From: Nemertoderma westbladi
Taxonomy: Eukaryota; Animalia; Xenacoelomorpha
Direction: 5' to 3'
Length of the DNA: 64,000 nt
NCBI GenBank assembly: GCA_032718475.1
Contig: JAUCBJ010000923.1
Coordinates: 51,455-115,454, forward strand
A model generated the notes under the pieces. It made no database searches, was not told where the DNA came from, and saw nothing but the letters and a program-made list of their open reading frames with translations. Positions 39,441 to 51,178 of the stretch are shown one piece after another. Position 1 is the first letter of the stretch. Each line of letters begins with the position of its first letter. Position numbers and translations under genes: made by a program.

Positions 39441-40015
39441 CCGTGCACGAGAGAGCTGGACAGCCCATGAATCTTTTGTTTGTTGATAAGACAGTGAAGC
39501 ATTCTTAATGAGGCGTATCGATAATATATTTATAGCTAATCGCAGGTCAACTTTTTTGGAACTTTCCTTTCCGGTAAGCCTATCAATGTGCAATTAATTT
39601 TACTACTTTATCTATATATGTCGAATTTTGCAATTTAATTTTTTCTATATTATACAATATTCGAGTAGAAAGGCAATGTTTTCTAATGGTAAATAATGTC
39701 TCCATTATAGTGAGAACTGATAGTAACATGGGCACTGCTACACTCTTAAATGTAAATAACAAAATAATATATTTCTTTAAGCAAGATACTTTAATAGCTT
39801 TACGGTAGCCGTCGGTTGGTGAGTAATTCTATGGGAAAAGAAACGTATATAAAAGGCATTATTAGCCGGTAGATGTTGCCCAGCAGCGGGAGGCATCCTA
39901 AAGGAGGACAGACCAGAAAATGGACATAATAGAGTAAAGTCCCAAAGGTGAAACATAATGTAAACAAGTAAGTCTCGTGTTCGTGTTTAAAATAATATGT
40001 TAGGCCTATACTTAC

Positions 40016-40104
40016 TAGTTTTTTTATCACATTTATTTGCAGCGGTTAGTAGAGGCTCTTCTGCTGCCCCAGTTCGACCATTTTTACGGGAAGTGCCTTC
40101 CTGC
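40016..40104 (-). CDS. Probable upstream coding exon of NWD-like gene: QEGTSRKNGRTGAAEEPLLTAANKCDKKT
   Basis: Acceptor ttttttgcaatag| (alternative cag| 4 nt inside) and donor |gtaagt. Phase 1 end joins exon 38836-38942 (A+AT=Asn). Confidence 0.58.
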
Positions 40105-41391
40105 CTATTGCAAAAAATTTCACAAATTAAAACATAATATTTAAAACAACCAAACATAGTTTGGTATGTACTGAGATATAGATTTAATATTGTTAATATT
40201 ATAATGCGACATGCAGCCACGCTCACGCACAGGGTGATTTTACATGATGTATCACTAAATTACAGATTCTATAGGCCTATCCCCCAATAAACTATAATTT
40301 CTATGACGAATAGAAACAATAATTATAGTTAAGTGATATCCAAGGTGATTTTCCCCCAAAATCCAAACTAAAACCAAACAAAACCAAACCAAACTACTAG
40401 ATTAAATAACCCCAGAAGAAACTGGTACTAAGTAAGAGATTAACCTTGGCTAACCACACTAGAAAAAAGTAAATAGTCTATTCCGAAATAAGTCAGAAAT
40501 CACAATCTTTTGCAATCATTAAGTTGCCCAAGTATAACCAAACCAGTGAAAAAAGGCTGTATATATGTTTTCCCTATAAAAATTGGCGCACGGGGCATGG
40601 GATATATTTAATTCGCTTAGAAATAAATAACGTACACAACGGTTTGTGTGTCTTCCTCCAACGGGGAAACTCTTATATTGCAGTACAGATATTGTTGTTA
40701 TTGTTGTGATGAAAACTAGGACCTTTGGCACTGCTAGGCTAATGAATGAGTAGTCTACAGATGGCCAAGGCCTATGTACAATGTAATTTATAGTATGTGT
40801 ATTTATAGATTGTGTGTACCCCACAGTCTTTTAAGAATATACATAAAACGAACTGGCGAGGCATAATTTTTGTTAATTAAGAACAATCAAGATATAAAAC
40901 AGTCAAATAAATAGGAAATAAGGTCAACTCCTAGGAAGTCCACAAAATATTTTATATATAAGAAATTCGCGAAAAAAGATACACACATATAGTTTTGTTT
41001 CTAGTTTTCGCAATAAACGTAGATGGCCAATGGAAAATTAACCAATTCAACGATAACCACGAATTCAAATATTCCGTAAAAATATATTTCAAAGGATAAT
41101 AAAGAAAATGTTCAGAAAAACGGCAAATGCCTCACAGGAAGGAAGTACGATTTCCAATAAAGGAAAAAAAATCTCAAATTTAAGAAGCCTACCCTAACTG
41201 GCAATGCATATGTTCTTGAAAAATCAACAACAACAACAAACTAAGTATATATGTCGAGTCGAGAGGTAAAACTATCTCGTAGTACGTGATTTATTATCTG
41301 AAACATCGTGCATACTGGTACACAGACAGACATCTGGCAACAGGTAGTTATTTTTAGAAACAAAATCTTAAGAAAAATAAATAAGATTTAC

Positions 41392-41424
41392 CTCAAAATT
41401 TTGTATCGAATATCTTGATCTCAT
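41392..41424 (-). CDS. Possible first coding segment MRSRYSIQNFE of the NWD-like gene
   Basis: ATG followed by GAG|gtaaat donor in phase 0, compatible only with the alternative acceptor (exon start 40100). No homology support. Confidence 0.25.
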
Positions 41425-43047
41425 TTGAACAAAAATAATACCGGTACTTTATATAGAGAGGCAGTCAGTCGAAAGATAAGTTGTTAACTTTAATATACGT
41501 TTGGCATAAAGTAGCTGGGGATAAGCGACAGGGAGATTAATTGAGAGTCTAGATTTTACATTGTCTTGTTGAAACTTAGGATTCACTTCTTTAGCTTTAG
41601 GCAAATAACAGGTATTGCATAATGCGTAGCGTACCAATTACTTTCATTTTTTAATCAAACTAATTGGTAATAATGATACGGCTCACCTCAACATATATCC
41701 GAGTTGTTTATCACTCTTCTACCTCTTGAGTCTTGGTAGGCCTGGGATATATACCGGTACCTATATTCCTCAGATATTATTTTTGATGCCGTGATGCATT
41801 GTCACTGATTTAGGTAAATTTTTGAGTCAATGGCGCAAAATGACCGCAAACACCAAATTTGTGATTAGTGTGATTGAAAAATTAATTTAATTTAATTTAA
41901 AACGTTTAGGGAAAGGAGCAGATTACAATGGCGGTGTTTTCTAACCAAAACAATAAACGAGACTTTATTTTCCTTGCGGTCAGGTTGCGGTGAAGATCAC
42001 TATTTTCTGGTATAGCTGTAGCGCGGTTGTCTGGTAGTGGCAGTGGCAGGGCAGTACTGACAGTGGTCAAATTAAGTTACCGGTAAGTATTTTTCTAGAA
42101 ATGACAATTTTTCCATGTGCTGCGCGACGGGCATATCACCGCTGCAGTCGTAAAATTTACACGACAATAAATAGACGACCTGGGGTGTCTGTCTGTAGAT
42201 TTCCCGGCAAATTGAAGGAAAATTAAAGAAATGGTGCAGATTTGAAGACAGCAAAAAATTGACTTTACGAGAAAAAAGCCATAAACGCATGATTTTCAAT
42301 CGTGCTGCACGGAGCGGAAAATCACCTACGGTAATTTTAAATTTTCTTCTATGAAGTTACACTTACACATGGCCACTGGGGAAAGGTGTTTGTCACTGTG
42401 CCTCAAATGAGATAGAACCGGTCTGTTCTGTCTGATACGGATACTGTTTATGTTAATTAATATGGATATATATTTTGATAGGTTAAATAAACATGTCTGA
42501 CTTGACTATATTATAAAAAACTAGACAGAAATTCAATAAATAGATTATAAAGACTTAATTGGTTTTACGTCCTGCAATATAAATATTAAGATCAGCGAAC
42601 ATTACCGGTACCTAAATAAAATATATAAAATATAAGATACCGCGTAATGGTGATTGGATTGGTTACGTTATTTCATATTTGTGTTTAAATTCACAAAAAA
42701 ATAATAAAACACATACATTATAGATAAATAACTAAATAAAACAGTTAAACTTAAATCACAATTAAAGGTGATGTTAATTAACATAAAGCCTGGGAGATAA
42801 ACACTCAGGCTTTAAGGCACTCACGGGGGTCGTTAATTAAGATTAATTAAGTGCAAGATAATGAAAATAAAATAAAGTATTGATACTATTTTTGAATGCA
42901 CTGTTCTGTATGGTATATGAGGTTATTTAATTAATTAGAGTACCGACACCCTAATCCGGGGTTTTTACCTTTAACTGTGAATATCTTTTGAAGTTTTTAT
43001 CCTACAGAGATTGTATAAAAAGAAAATTTGTTAGTTGGAATGACTAC

Positions 43048-43096
43048 TACACCACTAGACTAATGCACCTTTTGAGGTGCTTAGTCTAGTGGTGTA
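43048..43096. other. Strong hairpin (22-bp stem, 4-nt loop), probably the 3' palindrome of a Helitron/Helentron-type element
   Basis: tacaccactagactaa(t)gcacct-tttg-aggtgcttagtctagtggtgta. Confidence 0.6.
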
Positions 43097-44123
43097 TCTA
43101 TTTAAAAAACCAACTGTATAAAGTCACCGGGTGATGATCGAATGGGGTGACTTGATGCAAAAGCAAAGCAAATCTCAATAACATAGGTCTGTAGGTTACA
43201 GTCTGATTTTTGCAATATGAAAATACTACAGGTTAAGGTACGGATATGAACTATAACTGGTACATCCCGTCCGCCCGTCACAACTGCACAAAATACTAAC
43301 CTTTTAACACAACAAAGTAGCGACATCATTGGAAATCAGAATTGAGTTACTTTACAGAACCAAGCAGATCAAGAAACCCATACTTCCATTCCATTAGATC
43401 AAAGCAGCGCAGGTTTTCTACCTAGTCAGCTAGTTCCTTTGTTCAGCCCTTCCAGCAGTCCAGGACCATTCGGCTATTACAGTATTAACAGATTACAATA
43501 CAGCAATAGGCAATAGCTAGGCCCTATTATTCCACTCAGCCATTACCCGGTATTTCTATTTCCGAATATATACTGCTGTACTGGCTGATAAAACAGTAAA
43601 ATAACAGAATAAGTACCGGTAGGCCGGGTGCTGGCCACCTCACTGCACTGCCACTTCGCCGCGGCCCGCAGGTCACCTCGTCGCAGATAATGTGCGGCAA
43701 GGTGTCTTTGCGACGAGGTGTCTCATTGTCAGACTGTTAATGCCATTCTGCCATTTCGCCGCAAATTATCGGACAACTCGCCGCAAGTCATATTAATCAT
43801 TTATTTCTATATTTACAGGGAAGCCTACTAAGCCTAGTTATGGCATTGTACATTACAGCATTATTACAAGAAGAAATAAAATAATACGGTAAGGTTTGTT
43901 GTTCTATTATAATTACTGTATTATTATATATACAGTAAGAGTATTTGAGTAACGTATTAGATGAGCCTATAGTAAAACAGTCCTAACCGTATATTTGTCA
44001 AAATTGTTGGTCAGTTGTTTAAAACAAGTGTGACGTTATGAACATTAAAACACTGACAACCTTGACAAATATAAGTAGGCCTATATCAATATCATTCCAC
44101 TGAGAACATGATACAGGGCTGCA

Positions 44124-44337
44124 GGGGGGGGGGGGGGGGGGGGGGGACTGTACGCAAAATCCGCCTTGCCGAATTAATATCCCGCCTCAATTTAGGGAAA
44201 CGAGTAGGTTACAGTGGCCCGTTATTTTATCCAAAACAATAAACTAAACCCAATAGAACAGGATACAGTCTTATTTTTGAGTGCAATCAGCTGTTACGAA
44301 TTTCCCCTGGAGTTTATTGCGTCCATTTCCCCCCCCT
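44124..44337. mobile_element. MITE with G-run/C-run termini (copy 1)
   Basis: gggggactgtacgcaa ... ttgcgtccatttccccccc; interior clearly related to 60957-61223. Confidence 0.7.
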
Positions 44338-44793
44338 ACTGCCCTATCTGAAGAACATTACATTTGTAATTAAGAACTGTGATCGGTTAACATAAACATA
44401 CAGTATGAGTATATTAACCTTTGTTGCCTTTTGCCTTAGGCCTACTCAGTTACTTCCGTTTCCGTTAGGCCTAGTTACTGCATTACTAAAACTATGTCAG
44501 TATGTGTACGCATTGCAGCATTGTCTGATTGTACATGTACGTAAATAGTTATTTATTAGAAAGATAAATTTCGCAATGAAATGTTTTATTCCAAATTTGA
44601 ACGAGTGAAATATACTGTAGGCATACATTACAATTTTAAATATAAATTTTTTAAATGGAACCTTTTATGACGTTCACGTTACACTTATTTTAAACAACTG
44701 ATCAACATTTTTGACAAACATACGATTAGGATTGTTTTACTATAATCTAACATCTAATACGTCTACTCAAATACTCTTACTGTTACTCTTACT

Positions 44794-44948
44794 CGGTCCT
44801 ACGAATTACCCAAAAAAACACAAAATTACCCAAAAATACACAAAAAAACACAAAAAACACAATATTACCCAAAAAACTTACCCAAAAAGACGTAACCTGC
44901 TCCTTTCCATTAATTAAGAAATCTTTTTTTGGGTAATTCGTAGGACCC
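44794..44948. mobile_element. 155-bp MITE with 24-bp TIRs and 8-bp TSD
   Basis: ggtcctacgaattacccaaaaaaa ... tttttttgggtaattcgtaggacc, flanked on both sides by ctcttact. Confidence 0.8.
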
Positions 44949-45584
44949 CTCTTACTTTACTCTTACAAATACTATTATCTATAATAATCTGATAATACAG
45001 TAATTATAATAGAACAACAAACCTTGCCGTATTATTTTATTTCTTCTTGTAATAATGTACAATGACATAACAACTAGGCTTAGAAGAAGGCTTCCCCATT
45101 CCCTGCTGCCCTGTAAATATAGAAATACTGAAATAAATGATTAATATTGACTTGCGGCGAGGTGTCCGATCAGCCGATTATTTGCGGCGAAATGGCATTT
45201 GCAGTGAGGCACCTCGCCGCAAGACCGCGTGACCTGCGGCGAAGTGGCAGTGCGGCGAGGTCTGGAGGTGACCAGCATCCCGGTAGGCTGGTAGGCCTAC
45301 CCTACAGACAGACAGACTGATAAAAGTATGTTCAGTACAGGCTGACAGGTACCGGTACCGTACAGCCGTATGTTATCAGGTGTTCTGGTGTAAGGCTATA
45401 GCATAGCCCACGCAGCCACGCCCAGACGCCCACCGGCGCAGTACTGGACTGCAGTACCGGTCAGTAGACTGGCAGACAGCCGTTGACCGTTGATGCGTTG
45501 TACCGTACCGGTGCCGGTACCGTATCGCTATGCAGCTATGCAATGATAATACAATAATACTGAATATTCTGATGATATGACAGT

Positions 45585-47507
45585 CAGTCGGTGAGAAGTC
45601 AAAAATTGGACTTGAGTCCAAAATTGGACTTCGACTCCAGTTCAAGTCCAAAATTGGACTTCTGTGAGTCCAATATTGGACTTCAAATCAGCCAATTGTT
45701 CCAGGGCCTTGGGTAATTGGATCGGGCGGGATTTTTTTTCTTTAATCGAAAATATATCAAAAAATAAGAGTTTTGAACAGGGGGACCTGAAATTCACCAG
45801 GGGGAACTTTTTTTATAAGGCTTTGAATTTTTACAAAAGTCCAATATTGGACTTTAAGTCCAATTTTGGACGTGACATTGAGAATCGAACTTAAAGGTAC
45901 ATGACAGCATGAAGCATGACAGATGAGAGACAGCCAGACAGCTGTTAAGTTATGGAAAGTTACCTTTGCAGCTCTGTATGTATCTTCAGTGTAATGACTG
46001 TACTGTACTTAGAATATAATGGTACATTCTAGCATTCTAGGTACTTTGTACTTTACTTTTAGCATATTGTTTAGTTTACAATTTACATTCATGTTATGTC
46101 TAACCTTACAGCCTTATGTACCCAGGACTTTATAGTGTCTTTATGACTAGATTAGATTATGCTCCAACAAATATTTAATTACAAATTATATTTGGTGGAT
46201 ACTGGTAACAATGCCAGGTTAGCCAACTGCAGCTGCTGCTAAGGCTAACTACAGTACAAGCTACGATTTCGTCTAAGGCTATGGGAGCCCTATCAGAAAG
46301 AAATACTACAAGTTGATGCTACCACCATCTCTTCTAATTTTTCCATACAACAGGAAGGGTATTATAAAACGGCTGGATAACAGGATAATGAAATGGGATT
46401 AGTAACTGATTAACGTGTTGGGGTCTCCACATAAAAGTACAGAAGTAACAAGTAACACACGTCATAATCATAAACCAATTGAGGGAAAGGAACAGGTTAC
46501 AGATGCAGGCTTTTCTAACTAAAACAATAGACGGTCACTTTTGACTTTACCAATTGAAGGAGCCCTATAACCTCACCACATACTACTACTACAATCGGCA
46601 TGATTCATTGCAACTGCATTATATATATAGGCCCTATTATGTATTAAGAATGCTGTGCCGGCTTGTTGACAAAAGTGCGCCTCCCCCTGACAACTCCCTT
46701 ACACTCTTACAGCCTTATCACCCATGACATTTGCTAGATCATCCGCATCTTTAAGGCCAGTGTCCTTTAAGACAGTAAGAAATATGCGTCTCAAGAAAGT
46801 TATGGGCTGTCCACCATGCTTATTCACTCCATGAGGTGCACTGGCTGGTCCTCACGGCTTAAAGCGATGTCCTGCAAAGCGGAGGCGGCTTTGTTCTAGT
46901 GTCAAGCTTGGGGAACCAATGACTAAATGAGACACCTCCAACTCCAATGTTATATAGTGTTTGCCTGTTTGGTTGGAGATGCAGAGATGTGTTGTACTTG
47001 ACACAGTGAACCTAATCTAAACAATTAGTCAATAAACATTAACTCAATAACATAATACTGTAATAGGTTACAGTTTACAGTAGTCTTATTTTTGCCATAC
47101 GAAAATACCACAGGCTGACAGGTATGGCAGTATGGGTATGAATGAATGAACTATACAGCTATAACTCCACTACGCTACCGCGGTATACACCGCTAAGGCA
47201 GTAAGGCTACCACAAAGCTATACCACTACCGCAAAAAGTAACTACTGATGTCTGACTGTACGTGTGCGATCCCTGTTTATAATACATATAATAATTAATT
47301 TGATCATTAAAATAATGTTGCATTGTAATTTTGTAATATATATGTACTGATACGGGATGCAGTTTTGATTTAAATACCGATATACAGTATGGCAGCATGG
47401 GTACACTTGGAGTTGTACTAAAGTCCAATATTGGACTTTGGAGTCCAAAATTGGACTTGAAGTCTAAAATTGGACTTGAAGTCCAATTTTTGACTTCTCA
47501 CCGACTG
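45585..47507. mobile_element. Non-autonomous TIR DNA transposon with palindromic subterminal repeats (agtccaa.attggact)
   Basis: cagtcggtgagaagtcaaaaattggactt at 45585 and its exact reverse complement ending at 47507; multiple agtccaaWattggact units at both ends. Confidence 0.82.
46660..47010 (-). mobile_element. RTE-like LINE 3' fragment inserted in the TIR element
   Basis: Reverse complement of 52390-52715 (RFAGH, VNKHGGQPITFLRRI, ADDLANVMGD). Confidence 0.8.
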
Positions 47508-48182
47508 ACAGTACTGCAGTATGCAGGTATGATCTGATGATAGGCCTATCAGGCAGGATACCGGTCTGCCGGTATGGCGGTATGCAGCCAGGACCTTTGC
47601 CAGTGGCCAGTTTGCAGTAACCAGCGAACCAGGCAACTGCACTGCTGCAGTCAGGCAGTACCGGTACTTACAGACTTACCTGCTGACCTGCCTATGGCGG
47701 TACGAAAACGAAAGTACTGAAGTACGGTACCGTTACTCCAGTCTGCCATTTCAGCTGTTCCTGTTACCCTGTCTGCCTGTACAGCCTGACAGCTGTAGCT
47801 GTAAGCCTATCGCTGTACTGCTGTACCTGCGCTAGTAAAGATTGAAAGTCTGGAAGCTGGCATCCCTAGGTATTATTATTATAAAGAGCGTCAGCCTGCG
47901 TTTAATAAATATATTTTAATACAAAACAGGTCGAACGCAAAGAGGCTTATAATGAAGACGAGATTATTTATTTAGGCCTAATGCTAATTAGTTGGTAGCC
48001 TATCGGTATTTACAATGGTGACATAAGTCTGTGATTAATATGAAATTATTGTTGCTTAATTAAATATATATGTATGTTTGTGTTATTCATATCATATCAT
48101 ATCGTCTGATCGTATTGGAGTTTAGCATCAATTGTGGTCGGTGCAGATATAACCCGGGAGAGGGCAAGAAGAACTTATCACA

Positions 48183-48195
48183 TGGAGGTCCCACC
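48183..48195 (+). promoter_or_regulatory. Primer-binding site, complementary to the tRNA-Gln(UUG) 3' end
   Basis: TGGAGGTCCCACC immediately after the LTR CA; reverse complement GGTGGGACCTCCA matches the recalled metazoan tRNA-Gln acceptor end. Confidence 0.75.
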
Positions 48196-48233
48196 AACTG
48201 CATCCACTGGAGAACAGCGTTTAATCTAATGGA

Positions 48234-50673
48234 TTGGAGTTTCACAGGCTTATGATCGCCAGCCATTTCAGTTGTTGTAGTTTTTTTTGTTTAAATTGGA
48301 GAAGATGGAAGAGGATAACTCGTCAAAACCCACTGGACGTACTTCGTCAATATCGCAAGGATATTGAAGCTGCCAAACAAATGTCGAAGAAGGACGACCC
48401 GACCAAGAAGGGCCAGGGTCAATGTCAAGGTCATGGTCAGCAACTTAACAAAGAAGGTGACGGTAGTGTCGCTTCTGGTAAGGGTGAATCAACATGGGGA
48501 ATGATGGAGATGTTTAAACAAATGATGTTGAATCAAGCCGAGTTGATGCAACAACAGACGACACCAATAATGGATAGACAATACCAATTTATGCAGGAAC
48601 ATTCTAAAGCGATGGCTATGCAACAAAATGAGTTCTTTTCAAATTTAATGGAGAGTCATAAGGTGACTGAAGATAGTCGTTTTAGAGAACTTCAGGATAT
48701 GCTATCGAATGAAAGAGACACTGCAAATGAACCAAATAGTGGTCGCCGTGACCATGGTGATGATAGTGGCCGGGGTAGTAGAGGAACAGGTGCTCACCAG
48801 ATACATCGCTGCACTAAGTTATCAGAGACCATACCACCTTTCGACCCAAAGAAGATGTCTATACAAACATGGTTTGATGATTATTATGATCGAATTATGG
48901 ATGACTCTAGGGTTCCACAGGATGAACGTAGGGGTCGTTTACTGGCTAAAGTTGGTCGTTTACACACGATGTTGGAGGAAACATTAGAAGAGGATGACAG
49001 AAGTGATTATCTGTCATTGAAGAAAGCTGTTATTGATTTATTATCAGATCATAAGGAGAATACAGCTTCTAATATAGCAATTGAGGTATCAGAGATTGTT
49101 ATTGAAGATGAAGTTGATGTTCATTCATTCAAAGTAGATATATCTGTAAAACAACGAAATGATAATAAACTCAATTGTATAATCGATTATTTAGAAGATG
49201 GTACTTTACCAATAAAATTGAAAGCAGCTAGAAGAATTGTTTTGGAGGCAACTAATTTTGAACTTAGTAACGGAGTTCTTTATTATAGATTTAAGTCTAA
49301 AGATAGTCATAAAATTCGACTGTTAACTGTAGTTCCAGAATCCTTACGAGGTGATATTTTACATGCATACCATGGTGATAACTCGTCTGGTCATTTTGCA
49401 ACTTCTAAAGTTTATGAATCGCTACTGAAATTTTATTCCTGGCCTGGTATGTATGTATAGTGAGGTGAATAACCATTATAAGTCTTGTTCCAAGTGTGCT
49501 ACTACTCGTAAACTACGAACAAGACATGAATTGGAATCAATAGAAGTGGAGAGACCCTTTGAAAGGGTTGGGGTCGACTTAATGGGGGCATTTGTACCCA
49601 CTGATAATTGTAATACCTACATTGCTATCTGTATAGACTATCTAACAGAGTATGCAGAGTTTGTTCCTTTGTGTGACGGCAGCGCTAAGTCGACAGCGGA
49701 TGCGTTTATGCACCGGATTGTGCTACGGTATGGAGCGCCTGAAATATTATTATCCGACCAGGGTCCGAATTTCAGATCAAAGCTGGTTGAGGAAATTGCG
49801 CAACGTTGTTTAACAAGGAAGGTTTTTACGGTACCTTACCATCCACAGTCAGATGGGCTGGCTGAGCGGACGATACAAACTATGACTAGACTTTTGCGTT
49901 CTCTAACTGACCATAAATCAAGGGATTGGGATGTAGTATTACCCATTGTGCAATTTGCATACAATTTAACTGTTCATTCGTCCACTGGGCAAACACCTTT
50001 TTATTGTTTGCATGGTTTTGAGGCCAGGCGCCCAGCAGATAATTTTATTTTACCTGAAGGTGAAAAATTTACACCAGATTTGAGAGCAAAATTATTTGGA
50101 GAGCAAATGTCATCAGTATGGCATATGGCTAGACAGTGTATTGCGAAATCACAAATTACTCAGAAACGTATTTTTGACCGAAAAGTTAAGGATCAGGTCA
50201 TATCAGAGAGTGATATTGTTTGGGCCAAAAATCATTGCATTAATCCTGGTACTGATCGTAAATTGGCACCAAAGTTTGTGGGTCCTTTTCGTGTTACTCA
50301 CATTGATAATAAGAATGTTACTATTACGCATATAAATGGTTTATGTGATAATAAAACTAGAGTTATTAGTAGGGATGATGTGCGTCTTAGAGTAGGACCG
50401 TACTTACCGTCATTGCCTACCAATATTCCTGTGAGTGGTCGCAGTGTTAAACCAATTTTAGGCCGTGACAATTATCAAACTCATAAACCCATAACCGATC
50501 ACGGTGTAGATGAATCAGAAATTAACCCTTGCCCGATTTGTGGCATTCCATGGTTTATAGAAGGTCCATCAATGATAAGTTGTGACCGTTGTTTTGATTG
50601 GTTCCATTTTCATTGTGTCGGTATTGTTGATGAACCTGCGGAAGAAACATGGTACTGTAGTGATTGTAAATAA
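48234..50673 (+). pseudogene. gag-like region fused to Gypsy integrase (H2C2 zinc finger, DDE core, GPF motif) with C-terminal PHD finger; split by a 4-bp duplication
   Basis: ILHAYH...SGHF...WPGMY|SEV..CSKC, VGVDLMG, LSDQG, PYHPQSDGLAERTIQT, PKFVGPF, then CPIC...MISCDRCFDWFHFHCVG...WYCSDC. The sequence tatgtatgtat at 49448-49458 explains the frameshift between ORFs 48234-49460 and 49453-50673. No protease, YxDD or RNase H motifs. Confidence 0.9.
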
Positions 50674-51178
50674 AAATAAAGGAAACAAGTTGATTATTGT
50701 TTACATTACAGTATACAGTATGTAGTAAGTTGATTATTTGTTTATGGTATAAAATGAAAGTTTTTTAATCTAAAGTTAAGAATATTTTGTTAGATGAAAG
50801 AGTATTGTTTTATGATTGATTCATATTGCCATTGGTATCAGTTGTTTAATCAGTTGTGTAATTCAAAACTGAAAATAAATTTTATTTTATTTGTAAATGT
50901 AAAGATCGAGCCGATCTTTTGCCTGTGAGGGAGGATGTAAGGGGAATAGTGTATACCCGATTACTGCAATAATTATTTATGTAGGCCTAATGCTAATTAG
51001 TTGGTAGCCTATCGGTAATTACAATGGTGACATAAGTCTGTGATTAATATGAAATTATTGTTGCTTAATTAAATATATATGTATGTTTGTTATTCATATC
51101 ATATCGTATTGGAGTTTAGCATCAATTGTGGTCGGTGCAGATATAACCCGGGAGAGGGCAAGAAGAACTTATCACACT

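Larger units (their letters stand above)
43626..45280. mobile_element. Non-autonomous foldback/MULE-like DNA transposon with ~300-bp terminal inverted repeats
   Basis: Arms ~43626-43925 and ~44992-45280 are reverse complements with repeated (t)cgccgc(a) motifs. Flanking 9-bp direct repeat cggtaggcc / cggtaggct. Confidence 0.8.
47963..51176 (+). mobile_element. Gypsy/Ty3-type LTR retrotransposon, internally deleted (gag + integrase only)
   Basis: 5' LTR ~47963-48182 (first ~35 bp missing); 3' LTR 50936-51176 (TG...CA); PBS TGGAGGTCCCACC at 48183; polypurine tract gagggagga at 50927-50935. Confidence 0.93.

Noticed and set aside
43190-43500. Coding-like S/T/Q-rich stretch on +
   Set aside because: Contains an in-frame TGA and has no identifiable domain or exon partners.
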